A stretch of DNA of 34,330 nt, taken from the sequence record DRR723986_26224; one strand, written 5' to 3'. The notes beneath the pieces are model-generated. The model was not told the origin of the DNA. It saw only the letters and a program-made list of their open reading frames with translations, and did not search any database. The position numbers were made by a program, and so were the translations under genes. Shown here in pieces: positions 7,545-15,724 of this stretch (position 1 is the first letter of the stretch; the number at the start of each line of letters is the position of its first letter).

Positions 7545-9536
7545 TTACGCGGCTTGCACCAGCTCGCGTAGAGCGTCAACTCCGCCGTACTTGATTGCTC
7601 CAGGCAAGAATGCTGGCGCGCGAATGGACTCGACTTGATCAAAGTCGAAGCCATCAAGATCGACGTTCAACTCGATGCGAGTCGTATCGTCACCCCGCAT
7701 TTGGAGGTAAAACACGGCAGCCAACACTACTGCCGCGTCAGCGCCGGTGGCTTCTAGCACCACGTGCATTGTATCACGCTCAAGCGCTCCGCTGCTCCGC
7801 AGTGTTTGAGCCAATCGCCGAGCCTGCTTTGCGAAGTGCGTCAAGTTGTAGGCATAAGTGTACGCGGCTGCGAGCCTGGGGTTGTCGACCAACTGCTGCT
7901 GCTGACTCGACAAGCCTGGAAACACCAGCGAGTTCGCCCGCTCAGCTTCCCGATACTTCATCAAGACTCCAACGCTAAGAGGTTTATCACCAAGCGGCTT
8001 GTCACCAGGCTCACCCTCTCCACGCTCAACAGCGGCTGGAGCCGCATCTTTCACGGCACCTTTTGCCGACGTGACACTCCATTCACCCAACAGACCGTCT
8101 TCGAACGTCAATTCGGTTTCGCCGGGCGTCGCCAGCGGCAGCTTGCCGTCGGGGATTGTTTCCCCCAACAAGACACCCCACCCTTCCCGCTGCCACGTCT
8201 GCCGCTGATCATGTGACGCAGAAGCGAAGGCCTCATGAACAAGGTCTTCCCAGCGACGCATCAACTGCCGCTCAAAATCCAGTCCGCCGTCGGGACGAGG
8301 ATGCTGGTCATCCCAAACAGTCAACTCGTCAGGCAGCGCGGGATCGAAGTCCCGTTCCAAGACCGGCTCAGGCAACCCCAGCCCCAACTCTTTGTTCATC
8401 CAGCCATACATACTTACGCGGCTAACGTGGTTGAAGTTGTGCCCAAAGTGAAGCGAAGGAAACAGCGCAACCTTACTGGACTGCCCCAAGAGCGAATAAA
8501 CGGCTTGGATCTGCGGGAAACCATCCTGCTGCATATTCCGCGTCCAATCATTGGCGGCTGTCATCCCAAGTGGTCGAGGTGCGATGAGTGCTGCAATTTC
8601 GGCATTGCTGGTTCCTAGTCGGAGCATTGATGCGTTCTCGCACGTACAGCCACCTTGCATCCCCGTGCTCACCATAACTGCGGGAAACGCTACAGCAATT
8701 CGTGGATCAAGGGCTGCACCGATAAACGACTGCGTCCCACCACCGCTCGCTCCCGTTATCGCAATGCGGTCAGGGTCAACATACTTCAGCGTCAGCAGCG
8801 CATCGACGGCCCGCTGCGTCGCCAGTGATTGCAGTCCCATCAGCGACTGCATCCGCATCTCTGCCTCGGGACTAAACAACAACCACCCTCCACCTGCCAC
8901 CTCAGATGCACGATCCTGATTTGCAAAACGATGCGAGCGATCAAAGGAAATTTGCTGGCTATCGCAGTAACCAATCATGTCCCAGTGTAGGACCGCGCAA
9001 CCCATTCGAGCCAACTGCACGCAACGGGCTTGAATGTGATGTCGCGCAGCGTTTTCAAAGCGTTCCGCTCCAGTTGCTAGCTCGCGTTTGACTTCATCTT
9101 CTGGCGCGGCCCGAAAGCGAGCTTCTTCCCAATGACCATGTGGACAGAGCACGCCAGGAATCTTCTCCTTCGGCAGCGGATGTGGCAGATAAAGACTACC
9201 GGTAACTTTCATCCCGGGAAGACTTTCGAAAACAATTCGGTTAATCGAATAGTCATCTCTTACGACGCGGCCATAAACCTGCGGGGCGACATCGGGCAGA
9301 TCAACTGATGGATGCATGCCAGTACTGACCGCTACCTGCAACCGAACCGCTTTGGCCCGCTGCTCCCACTGCTGAAGATCCTCTGGTGCAGTGAACGGAC
9401 TGTGAGAATCGTAGTCACGCAACTGCGCGGACTTTCCCGATGTCTCAGGTGTCTGTTGTGCGTGCAGAGCTGCGGCAGAAGTCCCGCCCCAGAAAATGAG
9501 GAATAAGACCAGCTTAAATGAGCCCTGTGTCTGCAT
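7545..9536 (-). CDS. Secreted alpha/beta hydrolase, acetylxylan-esterase-like carbohydrate esterase
   Basis: Signal peptide (MQTQGSFKLVLFLIFW...ALHA); FESLPG..VTGSLY.P, LCPHGHW, VDPDRIAITGASGGG nucleophile elbow, GGCTCE, IAPRPL, HFGHN. Start moved to 9536 because the longer ORF overlaps ppk1. Confidence 0.8.
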   Translation of the reverse strand: MQTQGSFKLVLFLIFWGGTSAAALHAQQTPETSGKSAQLRDYDSHSPFTAPEDLQQWEQRAKAVRLQVAVSTGMHPSVDLPDVAPQVYGRVVRDDYSINRIVFESLPGMKVTGSLYLPHPLPKEKIPGVLCPHGHWEEARFRAAPEDEVKRELATGAERFENAARHHIQARCVQLARMGCAVLHWDMIGYCDSQQISFDRSHRFANQDRASEVAGGGWLLFSPEAEMRMQSLMGLQSLATQRAVDALLTLKYVDPDRIAITGASGGGTQSFIGAALDPRIAVAFPAVMVSTGMQGGCTCENASMLRLGTSNAEIAALIAPRPLGMTAANDWTRNMQQDGFPQIQAVYSLLGQSSKVALFPSLHFGHNFNHVSRVSMYGWMNKELGLGLPEPVLERDFDPALPDELTVWDDQHPRPDGGLDFERQLMRRWEDLVHEAFASASHDQRQTWQREGWGVLLGETIPDGKLPLATPGETELTFEDGLLGEWSVTSAKGAVKDAAPAAVERGEGEPGDKPLGDKPLSVGVLMKYREAERANSLVFPGLSSQQQQLVDNPRLAAAYTYAYNLTHFAKQARRLAQTLRSSGALERDTMHVVLEATGADAAVVLAAVFYLQMRGDDTTRIELNVDLDGFDFDQVESIRAPAFLPGAIKYGGVDALRELVQAA

Positions 9537-9708
9537 GGATGTTCCCCGTGTCTGTGCTGTCTCGTTCTCGCGCACCCGTGCTGTCTGGTGCTCACGCATC
9601 CATGTTATCCGGTGAGCGCGTGTCTGTGTGGTCGGTCGCACGAGCCACTTTTCGCTGAGTGCACAGATTGCTGCGTGGAAAATCCACAGACACAATGAAA
9701 ATGCCTGT

Positions 9709-11838
9709 TTAGCTTTCGGAGTTCTTCCCGCTAGGCTGGTGGGGTTCGAACATCGTGTTGCGTTTGTAGTCCGCTTCCGCAGTCGCCTCCAGAGCAGCAC
9801 GATAGAGCTCTTCCTGCGATCGAAAACGCAGCTTCTTCTTCGGTGGCTTTTGTCGAGAATAAGTGCCGTCCTCGGCCAACAACCAAGCGTTTGTGTTGTC
9901 CTTCAGATGAGTGTACAAGATCTGCACGAGCTTCTTGCGGCACGTTGGATCTTCAACAGGCACTAGCAGTTCGACGCGGCGGTCCAAGTTGCGTGGCATC
10001 CAATCGGCGCTGCTGATGAAGACAAGATCATCTCCACCGTGTTTGAAGTAGATTATTCGAGCATGCTCTAGCACTCGATCCACCACGCTCGTAACCGTAA
10101 TCCGCTCACTCACACCGGGAACACCTGGCCGCAAACAGCAGATCCCTCGAATGTTCAGATCAACAGTCACCCCTGCCTGCGAAGCCCGATAGAGAGCCGC
10201 AATCAGCGTCGGATCGACCAAAGAATTCAGCTTGGCAGCAATTGCAGCCGGAAGCCCTTGTCGACGCCGCTCAATCTCCGCATCAATGAGTGCCAGAACC
10301 TTGTTGCGAAGGCCCGTCGGCGCGGACTCAAGTGCATTGTACTGTTGCGGCTGACTGTAACCAGTTACGGCATTGAAGAAAGCACTCGCGTCAACGCCCA
10401 ATTGATCTTCGCAAGTAAAGTAACTGATATCACCATAGAATCGAGCGGTTGCATCGTTGTAATTGCCGGTACCGAAGTGCATATAACGCACAATACCGCG
10501 AGGCTCGCGACGCACGATGGTGCAAATTTTCGCGTGTGTCTTCAGACCTTTGACACCGTAGACTACTTGCACGTTGGCTTCTTCGAGCTCCTGAGCCCAC
10601 TCGATGTTTTGTGCTTCGTCGAATCGCGCCTTGAGTTCGACGATCGCCGTAACATACTTCCCTCGCTCAGCCGCACGCCTTAGTGCTGCAACAATTGGGC
10701 TATTGCGGCTCGTCCGGTAAAGCGTTTGTTTAATGGCAAGCACATCTGGATCGTCTGCCGCCTCTTCTACGAAACGAACAACCGGTTCGAAACTCTCGTA
10801 CGGGTGGCACAACAGGATGCTCCGCTCAGCAATGTTGGCAAACATGCTTTGCGATGGGTCGATGACGGGGCTCTTCTGCGGAGTCCAGGGATCAAACTTC
10901 AGATGCGCAAACCCCTCAAGCCCACTGAGCTGCATAACAGCAGACAGATCCAATGGGCTTGGCACACGATTGGTCTCACGCTCGGTAATCTCAAGGCTGC
11001 TTTGCAAGAATTCAATGATTGACTCAGGCGACTCCTGGTCAATCTCCAGCCGAACGCAGGCTGCAGTCTTGCGCATCTGCAAGAGCTCTTTCATTCCATG
11101 CAATAGGTCGCTGGCAGCATCCTCCTGGATCGTAATATCTGCATTCCGCGAAATCCGGAAAACTCCACACGCTAGGATGTTCTCGCCGGGAAAGAACTCC
11201 TGCACGTGGTGGCATACGACATCTTCTAGATAGATAAAGCTATGCCCGTGCTCGGTCGGCAACGCGATGATCCGGGGAATCGCCTTGCCCAGCGGAATAA
11301 CCGCGTATCGAAACTCGGGTTCGTCATCCTTGGGCTTAGGATTCTCTAGCTGAACACAGATATACATCGAATTGCCGGCCAAAAGCGGGAACTCGCGCCC
11401 TTGGTCGATGGCCATCGGCGACAGAACCGGGTAGACCTCTTCGTCAAAGAACTGCCGGGCCGCATCGGCGTGCCTGACCGACGCTTCACCTAGCTTGACG
11501 CGTTCAATACCCTGCACCTTCATCTCGGGTTCGAGGGCATTTAGGAACGTTTCATACTGACACTCGATCATTCGTGTCGTACGTCCGTAGATCTCCGTAA
11601 GTTGCTCGGCGGGCGTTAGGCCTGCGAAATCGCGAGTATCGCCGGACGCCCGATGCTGCAACTGCAACCCGCCGACACGGACCATGAAGAACTCTTCCAA
11701 GTTGCTCGACGAGATTGCAACAAATTTCACCCGTTCCAACAACGGAACATCTTCGTCACGAGCCAAATCGAGCACGCGTTGGTTGAATTCGAGCCAACTC
11801 ATTTCACGATTGATAAAGTGTTCCGGCTCGAGCTTCAT
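9709..11838 (-). CDS. ppk1: Polyphosphate kinase 1
   Basis: FINREMSWLEFNQRVL, SSNLEEFFMVRV, HPYESF, IKQTLYR, VELKARFDE, KTHAK (phospho-His), GTGNYN, RGICCLRPG, SSADWMPRNLDRRVE. Confidence 0.97.
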   Translation of the reverse strand: MKLEPEHFINREMSWLEFNQRVLDLARDEDVPLLERVKFVAISSSNLEEFFMVRVGGLQLQHRASGDTRDFAGLTPAEQLTEIYGRTTRMIECQYETFLNALEPEMKVQGIERVKLGEASVRHADAARQFFDEEVYPVLSPMAIDQGREFPLLAGNSMYICVQLENPKPKDDEPEFRYAVIPLGKAIPRIIALPTEHGHSFIYLEDVVCHHVQEFFPGENILACGVFRISRNADITIQEDAASDLLHGMKELLQMRKTAACVRLEIDQESPESIIEFLQSSLEITERETNRVPSPLDLSAVMQLSGLEGFAHLKFDPWTPQKSPVIDPSQSMFANIAERSILLCHPYESFEPVVRFVEEAADDPDVLAIKQTLYRTSRNSPIVAALRRAAERGKYVTAIVELKARFDEAQNIEWAQELEEANVQVVYGVKGLKTHAKICTIVRREPRGIVRYMHFGTGNYNDATARFYGDISYFTCEDQLGVDASAFFNAVTGYSQPQQYNALESAPTGLRNKVLALIDAEIERRRQGLPAAIAAKLNSLVDPTLIAALYRASQAGVTVDLNIRGICCLRPGVPGVSERITVTSVVDRVLEHARIIYFKHGGDDLVFISSADWMPRNLDRRVELLVPVEDPTCRKKLVQILYTHLKDNTNAWLLAEDGTYSRQKPPKKKLRFRSQEELYRAALEATAEADYKRNTMFEPHQPSGKNSES

Positions 11839-11883
11839 GGGTCTCAGTCGTAAGAATTTCTTGATCGTGCAGGCCAGCACGAT

Positions 11884-11911
11884 TCATAGTACAAGGGTCA
11901 TAGTGCAAGGG
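11884..11911. repeat. 14-bp tandem duplication upstream of ppk1
   Basis: TCATAGTACAAGGG / TCATAGTGCAAGGG (1 mismatch). Confidence 0.85.
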
Positions 11912-11952
11912 CCGCGAAGGTTGGCAGCAGGCAACGCAACGTTTAGGTCGTC

Positions 11953-12274
11953 CTGGGGTTAGCAGCCAAGCATCAGCTATGCCCAGTTTAACCACGTTGA
12001 AACGTGTTGAGGAGACAGACTGGCGGCCCAGTCGGCGAAATGCGAGCGTGAATCGTCACAGAAAGGCCACTGACGAAGATTGGCCGTCCCGCTGAGTCGG
12101 TTCGGCAGATGCCAAGCGCAACGAATGTCCCACTGCGGAGATCGCCGGGAATGCTGACCGCAGAGAGCCTTCGTCAAAGAACGCGATAATGCCTGGCAGC
12201 GGCCTAGACTGCCAGAGCACCTCGCGGTCGCTTGTTGAGTCTTTTGGGATTACTTCCGGTAGACTCTGCGGTCG
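11953..12274. other. Intergenic region rich in inverted repeats; candidate structured RNA
   Basis: Multiple 5-10 bp stems (see findings); no credible ORF. Confidence 0.35.
12176..12226 (-). terminator. Possible intrinsic terminator for the 12287-12826 gene
   Basis: Minus strand: CGCGA..TGC.CTGGCAG-loop-CTGCCAG.GCA..TCGCG hairpin followed by TTCTTT. Confidence 0.35.
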
Positions 12275-12286
12275 AAGTATTCGCGA

Positions 12287-12826
12287 CTACTGCGGCGAAA
12301 CGGTTCCGACCACTGTCGTTACATAGTCGCCGGTCGCAAGCGTTCCAAAGGAATCGGTAATGAAGTCGACCGTAAGCGCCAAGTCCGCTCGCCCTACTCC
12401 GCTGGATTCCGCCATCACAGCGGCCGCCTGTTGCCCACTTTCGTAGCTCGATTCGCTAGTCTCCTGAGTTACCTGCCAAGAAGCCGAACCGGCCGTGGCG
12501 ACAACCGCTAGATGCAATCCGACATCCCGACGAAAAGTTGGCTGATCGACGTTCACGAACGGAGTGCTCGTTTCAAATGAGACTGCAACACCGGCGAGCG
12601 TATTGCCCTTCACCGTCCACGTCAGCGGCCGAAAACTTTGCTTCTGGTCGGTTTCATCGTGAACAAGTTTGGTGGCACCGGATTCCAAAGTAGGAACCGA
12701 GACAGTTGCGCTCGTGGGAACCACCACACGAAAGTTTTGCTGCGCAGAACTGTGACCTTCTGATTGCCCCATTGCGGTGGTCGCTGTTAGAGCGAGCAGG
12801 CAGCAAGAGATCGAAAAACGCTTCAT
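12287..12826 (-). CDS. Secreted beta-rich protein, possibly an SCPU/Csu-like fimbrial subunit
   Basis: Sec signal peptide; alternating Val/Thr beta pattern (FRVVVPTSATVSVP); C-terminal ATGDYVTTVVGTVS resembles the aGxYxxTvxvtv terminal strand of SCPU/Csu pilins. Confidence 0.6.
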   Translation of the reverse strand: MKRFSISCCLLALTATTAMGQSEGHSSAQQNFRVVVPTSATVSVPTLESGATKLVHDETDQKQSFRPLTWTVKGNTLAGVAVSFETSTPFVNVDQPTFRRDVGLHLAVVATAGSASWQVTQETSESSYESGQQAAAVMAESSGVGRADLALTVDFITDSFGTLATGDYVTTVVGTVSPQ

Positions 12827-12957
12827 GTCGTTCCGGTGTTTTGGGGGGGAGTGGAATGGAACACGGCTTCAAGTCGTTACCTGAAGCCTATTACAATTGC
12901 GATCGTTGAGCATTCAAGCTCTGCGGGGGATTCAAATTTCAGCGCCACTCGCATCCT

Positions 12958-12987
12958 CATGCACAGATTGCGCAGCATGCACAGATT
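12958..12987. repeat. 12-bp direct repeat with 18-bp period upstream of the pilin-like gene
   Basis: CATGCACAGATT at 12958-12969 and 12976-12987. Confidence 0.85.
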
Positions 12988-13036
12988 ATGCGGATTGAGC
13001 AAGCATTTTCAGCGCGGCAGTTGGTTTGAGCAGCGG

Positions 13037-13846
13037 CTAACTGGATTGCTTCCGCAACATCCAATCGCCGAGCCGCGGACTCAACGCAGCTAAGACGGCC
13101 AGCAGGCGGGCCTTACGAGGGCGGATCAGTTCACGCTTGCGGGCGGAAACGCCTCTCAAGATATCTTCGACAAGCTTCTCGGGGTCCAGTCCTTTGATTT
13201 TCGCGCCGCCACCTGGAGCCAACGCCTCCGCTGGAAGATCGCTAGAGGCCCGATCGGAATAACGTTCTCCTGCATCTGATCGGCGAATAGGCCCGGGACA
13301 AACCAACATGACGTGGACGTCCGCGTCCTCGTTCTCCAACCTCGCTTGTTGAGCGATCGCGGCAACTGCATGTTTTACGACTGCATACCCGCCCAAGAAA
13401 CGAGGCGCGAACTTGCTCGCCAGTGAGCCGATCAACACCAACGAGCCCTGTCGTTTCTCGAGCTTTGACGTGAGATAACGAGCTGCGGTGACGGCGGGCA
13501 GGACGTTGACCCGCTGCAGTTCTTCGAGTCTCTCTAGCGTGAGCTCTCGCAAAGTGCCTCGATCGCTTGCCCCCACGGCTTGAACAATCAAGTCAACGTC
13601 GCCAATCGATTCGGCAAATCTTGCAACCTGGCCTTCGTCCGCCATATCGACCAAGTGCACCAAAAAATCAACCTGTGGAAACTCTTTTGCGAGCATTGTC
13701 CGAGCATTGGACGCTCGGTGCTCATCACGGGCGAGCAGCCCCACCGATTCCGCCCCTTTGGCAGCAATGCCGCGCGCAATTTCCAAACCAAGGCCGCTAC
13801 TTGCGCCACAAACGATGGCCTTCGCGCCCTGCAGCGTCCTTGGCAT
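13037..13846 (-). CDS. Short-chain dehydrogenase/reductase (SDR)
   Basis: CGASSGLG Rossmann motif, GSLVLIGS catalytic Ser, YAVVK (YxxxK), VCPGPI. Start at MPRTLQG. Confidence 0.9.
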   Translation of the reverse strand: MPRTLQGAKAIVCGASSGLGLEIARGIAAKGAESVGLLARDEHRASNARTMLAKEFPQVDFLVHLVDMADEGQVARFAESIGDVDLIVQAVGASDRGTLRELTLERLEELQRVNVLPAVTAARYLTSKLEKRQGSLVLIGSLASKFAPRFLGGYAVVKHAVAAIAQQARLENEDADVHVMLVCPGPIRRSDAGERYSDRASSDLPAEALAPGGGAKIKGLDPEKLVEDILRGVSARKRELIRPRKARLLAVLAALSPRLGDWMLRKQSS

Positions 13847-14177
13847 TCCCAACAGCCTCAGTCCCCAAAACAACCAAACTTCACACAATCAATTCTGGGC
13901 CTGAGCGTACATGAAGGGTCTTCACATTGGAAGACGCTCGGAGCCGGAGCAAATCAGAGTTCCAACTTGCGCTCGCAAGAGTTGCGAATTCCTTGCTACA
14001 AAACGACCTCTCGCGGCGTCAAATCCCTGGAAACGCTTGAACCTTCGTGCAAACTCGACGTTTAGAATTCTTACTTGCCCGGCACTGGGAACAGGACCAA
14101 TGGTCGTCAGGCTACGTAGTCCATAGACTATTGCCGGTCCGCTTGATTTGCTTTTTTAAGTCACAGAAAGAGTTCTC

Positions 14178-15623
14178 ATGGCACTGATGCGTCCCAGCCT
14201 CGACGAAGCTCGCTCGAAAATCGTCGCAACCGTTGGTCCCGCTTGCGATTCAACTGACAAGCTCGTCGAACTAATTGAGCATGGGGTCAATGTCTTTCGT
14301 ATCAATGCGGCCCATGGCAACAGAGAGGATTTCGAACGACTACTCGGAAATATCCGCCAGGCCCGCCAGAGAGCGGGATACCCAGTTGCAGTATTGTTAG
14401 ATCTTTCCGGCCCCAAAATCCGCCTTGGACAACTGGCCGAAGACCCAATGCAAGTCGAGGTCGGCAATGAGCTTTCGATTGTGCGTGGTGAAGCAGCCAC
14501 CAATCCCGCAGAACTGTGCTGCACCTACGGCAAGCTGATCGATGAAATTAAGGTCGGCGACAACATCATGTTGGCCGATGGGACGATATCACTGGAAGTC
14601 ATCGCCAAGGAAAAAGATGAAGCCCGATGCCGCGCCTTGACCGCTGGAGTCGTTCGCAGTCGGCAGGGTGTCAACCTGCCCGGCGTCGCACTCAGCGTAT
14701 CTTCGATGCGACCGGAAGATATTGAGAATGCTATCTGGGGAGCAAACAACGAAGTCGACTTCATCAGCCTAAGTTTCGTTCGTAGTGCCCAGGATGTCCT
14801 ATCACTGAAAGACTTGCTCGCTTCCCACGACTCTCAGGCGCTAGTGATAGCAAAGATCGAGAAACGAGAGGCCATGGCATGCCTGGATGAGATCGTCGAA
14901 GCGGCGGACGGAATCATGGTTGCCCGCGGTGATCTGGGCGTAGAAATCGACGTGGCCGAGACTCCCGTTGCGCAAAAAGACATCATCAACATTTGCCGAC
15001 AGAAATTGAAGCCCGTTATTGTCGCGACGCAAATGCTCGAGAGCATGCACAATAACAGCCGCCCGACCCGGGCAGAAGCCAGCGACGTAGCAAACGCGAT
15101 ACTAGACGGCGCAGACGCTTGTATGCTAAGCGGCGAAACGGCAATCGGTAACTTTCCCGTTGCAGCCGTCGATACGATGGACCGCATCATGCGGCACACC
15201 GAGAAGATGCTCAAAGACACTCCGATGCAACCGCAACAGGACACGTCGCATAGAGTCCACCCCGTGACCTCGGCAGTAACCTACAACGCGGCCAATATTG
15301 CTGATGCGATCGACGCCAAACTCGTCGTCGTTGCCAGTCACAGTGGTGGAACGGCCTGGGTAAAAGCCAAGCAACGCAATTTCATCCCGACTCTCGGCGT
15401 TACCGACAACCCGGCTACTCTTCGTCGCATGGCACTGTTCTGGGGCATCATGCCTCACGAAGTCGACCATATGGACGACCCGCACGATCTGATTGAAGAC
15501 GTCATTAACTGGGGCAAGAAGCAAGGTTATCTTGAATCCCGAGACCACGTTGTCTTCGTCACCGGCACCGGCGTTATCGATAATGCTCACAATTTCTTGG
15601 TCGTCCACGAAGTGAATGAGTAG
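14178..15623 (+). CDS. pyk: Pyruvate kinase
   Basis: KIVATVGPA, DLSGPKIR, GVNLPG, IAKIE, DGIMVARGDLGVE, ATQMLESM, PTRAEASDVANA, MLSGETAIG. Confidence 0.97.
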   Translation: MALMRPSLDEARSKIVATVGPACDSTDKLVELIEHGVNVFRINAAHGNREDFERLLGNIRQARQRAGYPVAVLLDLSGPKIRLGQLAEDPMQVEVGNELSIVRGEAATNPAELCCTYGKLIDEIKVGDNIMLADGTISLEVIAKEKDEARCRALTAGVVRSRQGVNLPGVALSVSSMRPEDIENAIWGANNEVDFISLSFVRSAQDVLSLKDLLASHDSQALVIAKIEKREAMACLDEIVEAADGIMVARGDLGVEIDVAETPVAQKDIINICRQKLKPVIVATQMLESMHNNSRPTRAEASDVANAILDGADACMLSGETAIGNFPVAAVDTMDRIMRHTEKMLKDTPMQPQQDTSHRVHPVTSAVTYNAANIADAIDAKLVVVASHSGGTAWVKAKQRNFIPTLGVTDNPATLRRMALFWGIMPHEVDHMDDPHDLIEDVINWGKKQGYLESRDHVVFVTGTGVIDNAHNFLVVHEVNE

Positions 15624-15724
15624 AAGAGCATCCAACTGCACCACAAGCACTCACTGCCAGCTTTCACCGCAATCGAACCGCCTCAGCACCGTCATCCACA
15701 GGCGGAACTGAGGAAACAACTGGT

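Noticed and set aside
9537..9800. N-terminal extensions in the ORF track (esterase to 9800, DUF1549 to 4488, DUF1080 from 30106, permease to 34121)
   Set aside because: They overlap neighbours or precede clear signal peptides or family N-termini, so downstream starts were chosen.
11884..11911. Pho box upstream of ppk1
   Set aside because: The period is 14 bp, not the 11 bp of PhoB boxes, and the match to CTGTCAT is poor.
12037..12085. GAAA and CTGACGA resembling a hammerhead ribozyme core
   Set aside because: Stems I-III and the NUH cleavage site cannot be built in the required order.
12065..12155. GCCACTG / CCACTG...GGGAA resembling a cobalamin riboswitch
   Set aside because: The other conserved blocks are missing, and on + there is no downstream co-oriented gene.
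12133..12328. Group I intron-like P4 (CTGCGG/CCGCAG) and P7 (GACTA/TAGTC) elements
   Set aside because: The P7 halves lie in or at an intact CDS on the other strand, there is no interrupted host gene, and P3/J8-7 are unconvincing.
9660..12987. TGCACAGATTGC shared by two intergenic regions (9660-9671, 12960-12971), sigma54-like
   Set aside because: It lacks the GG-N10-GC geometry, and one shared 12-mer in a few kb of intergenic DNA is plausible by chance.
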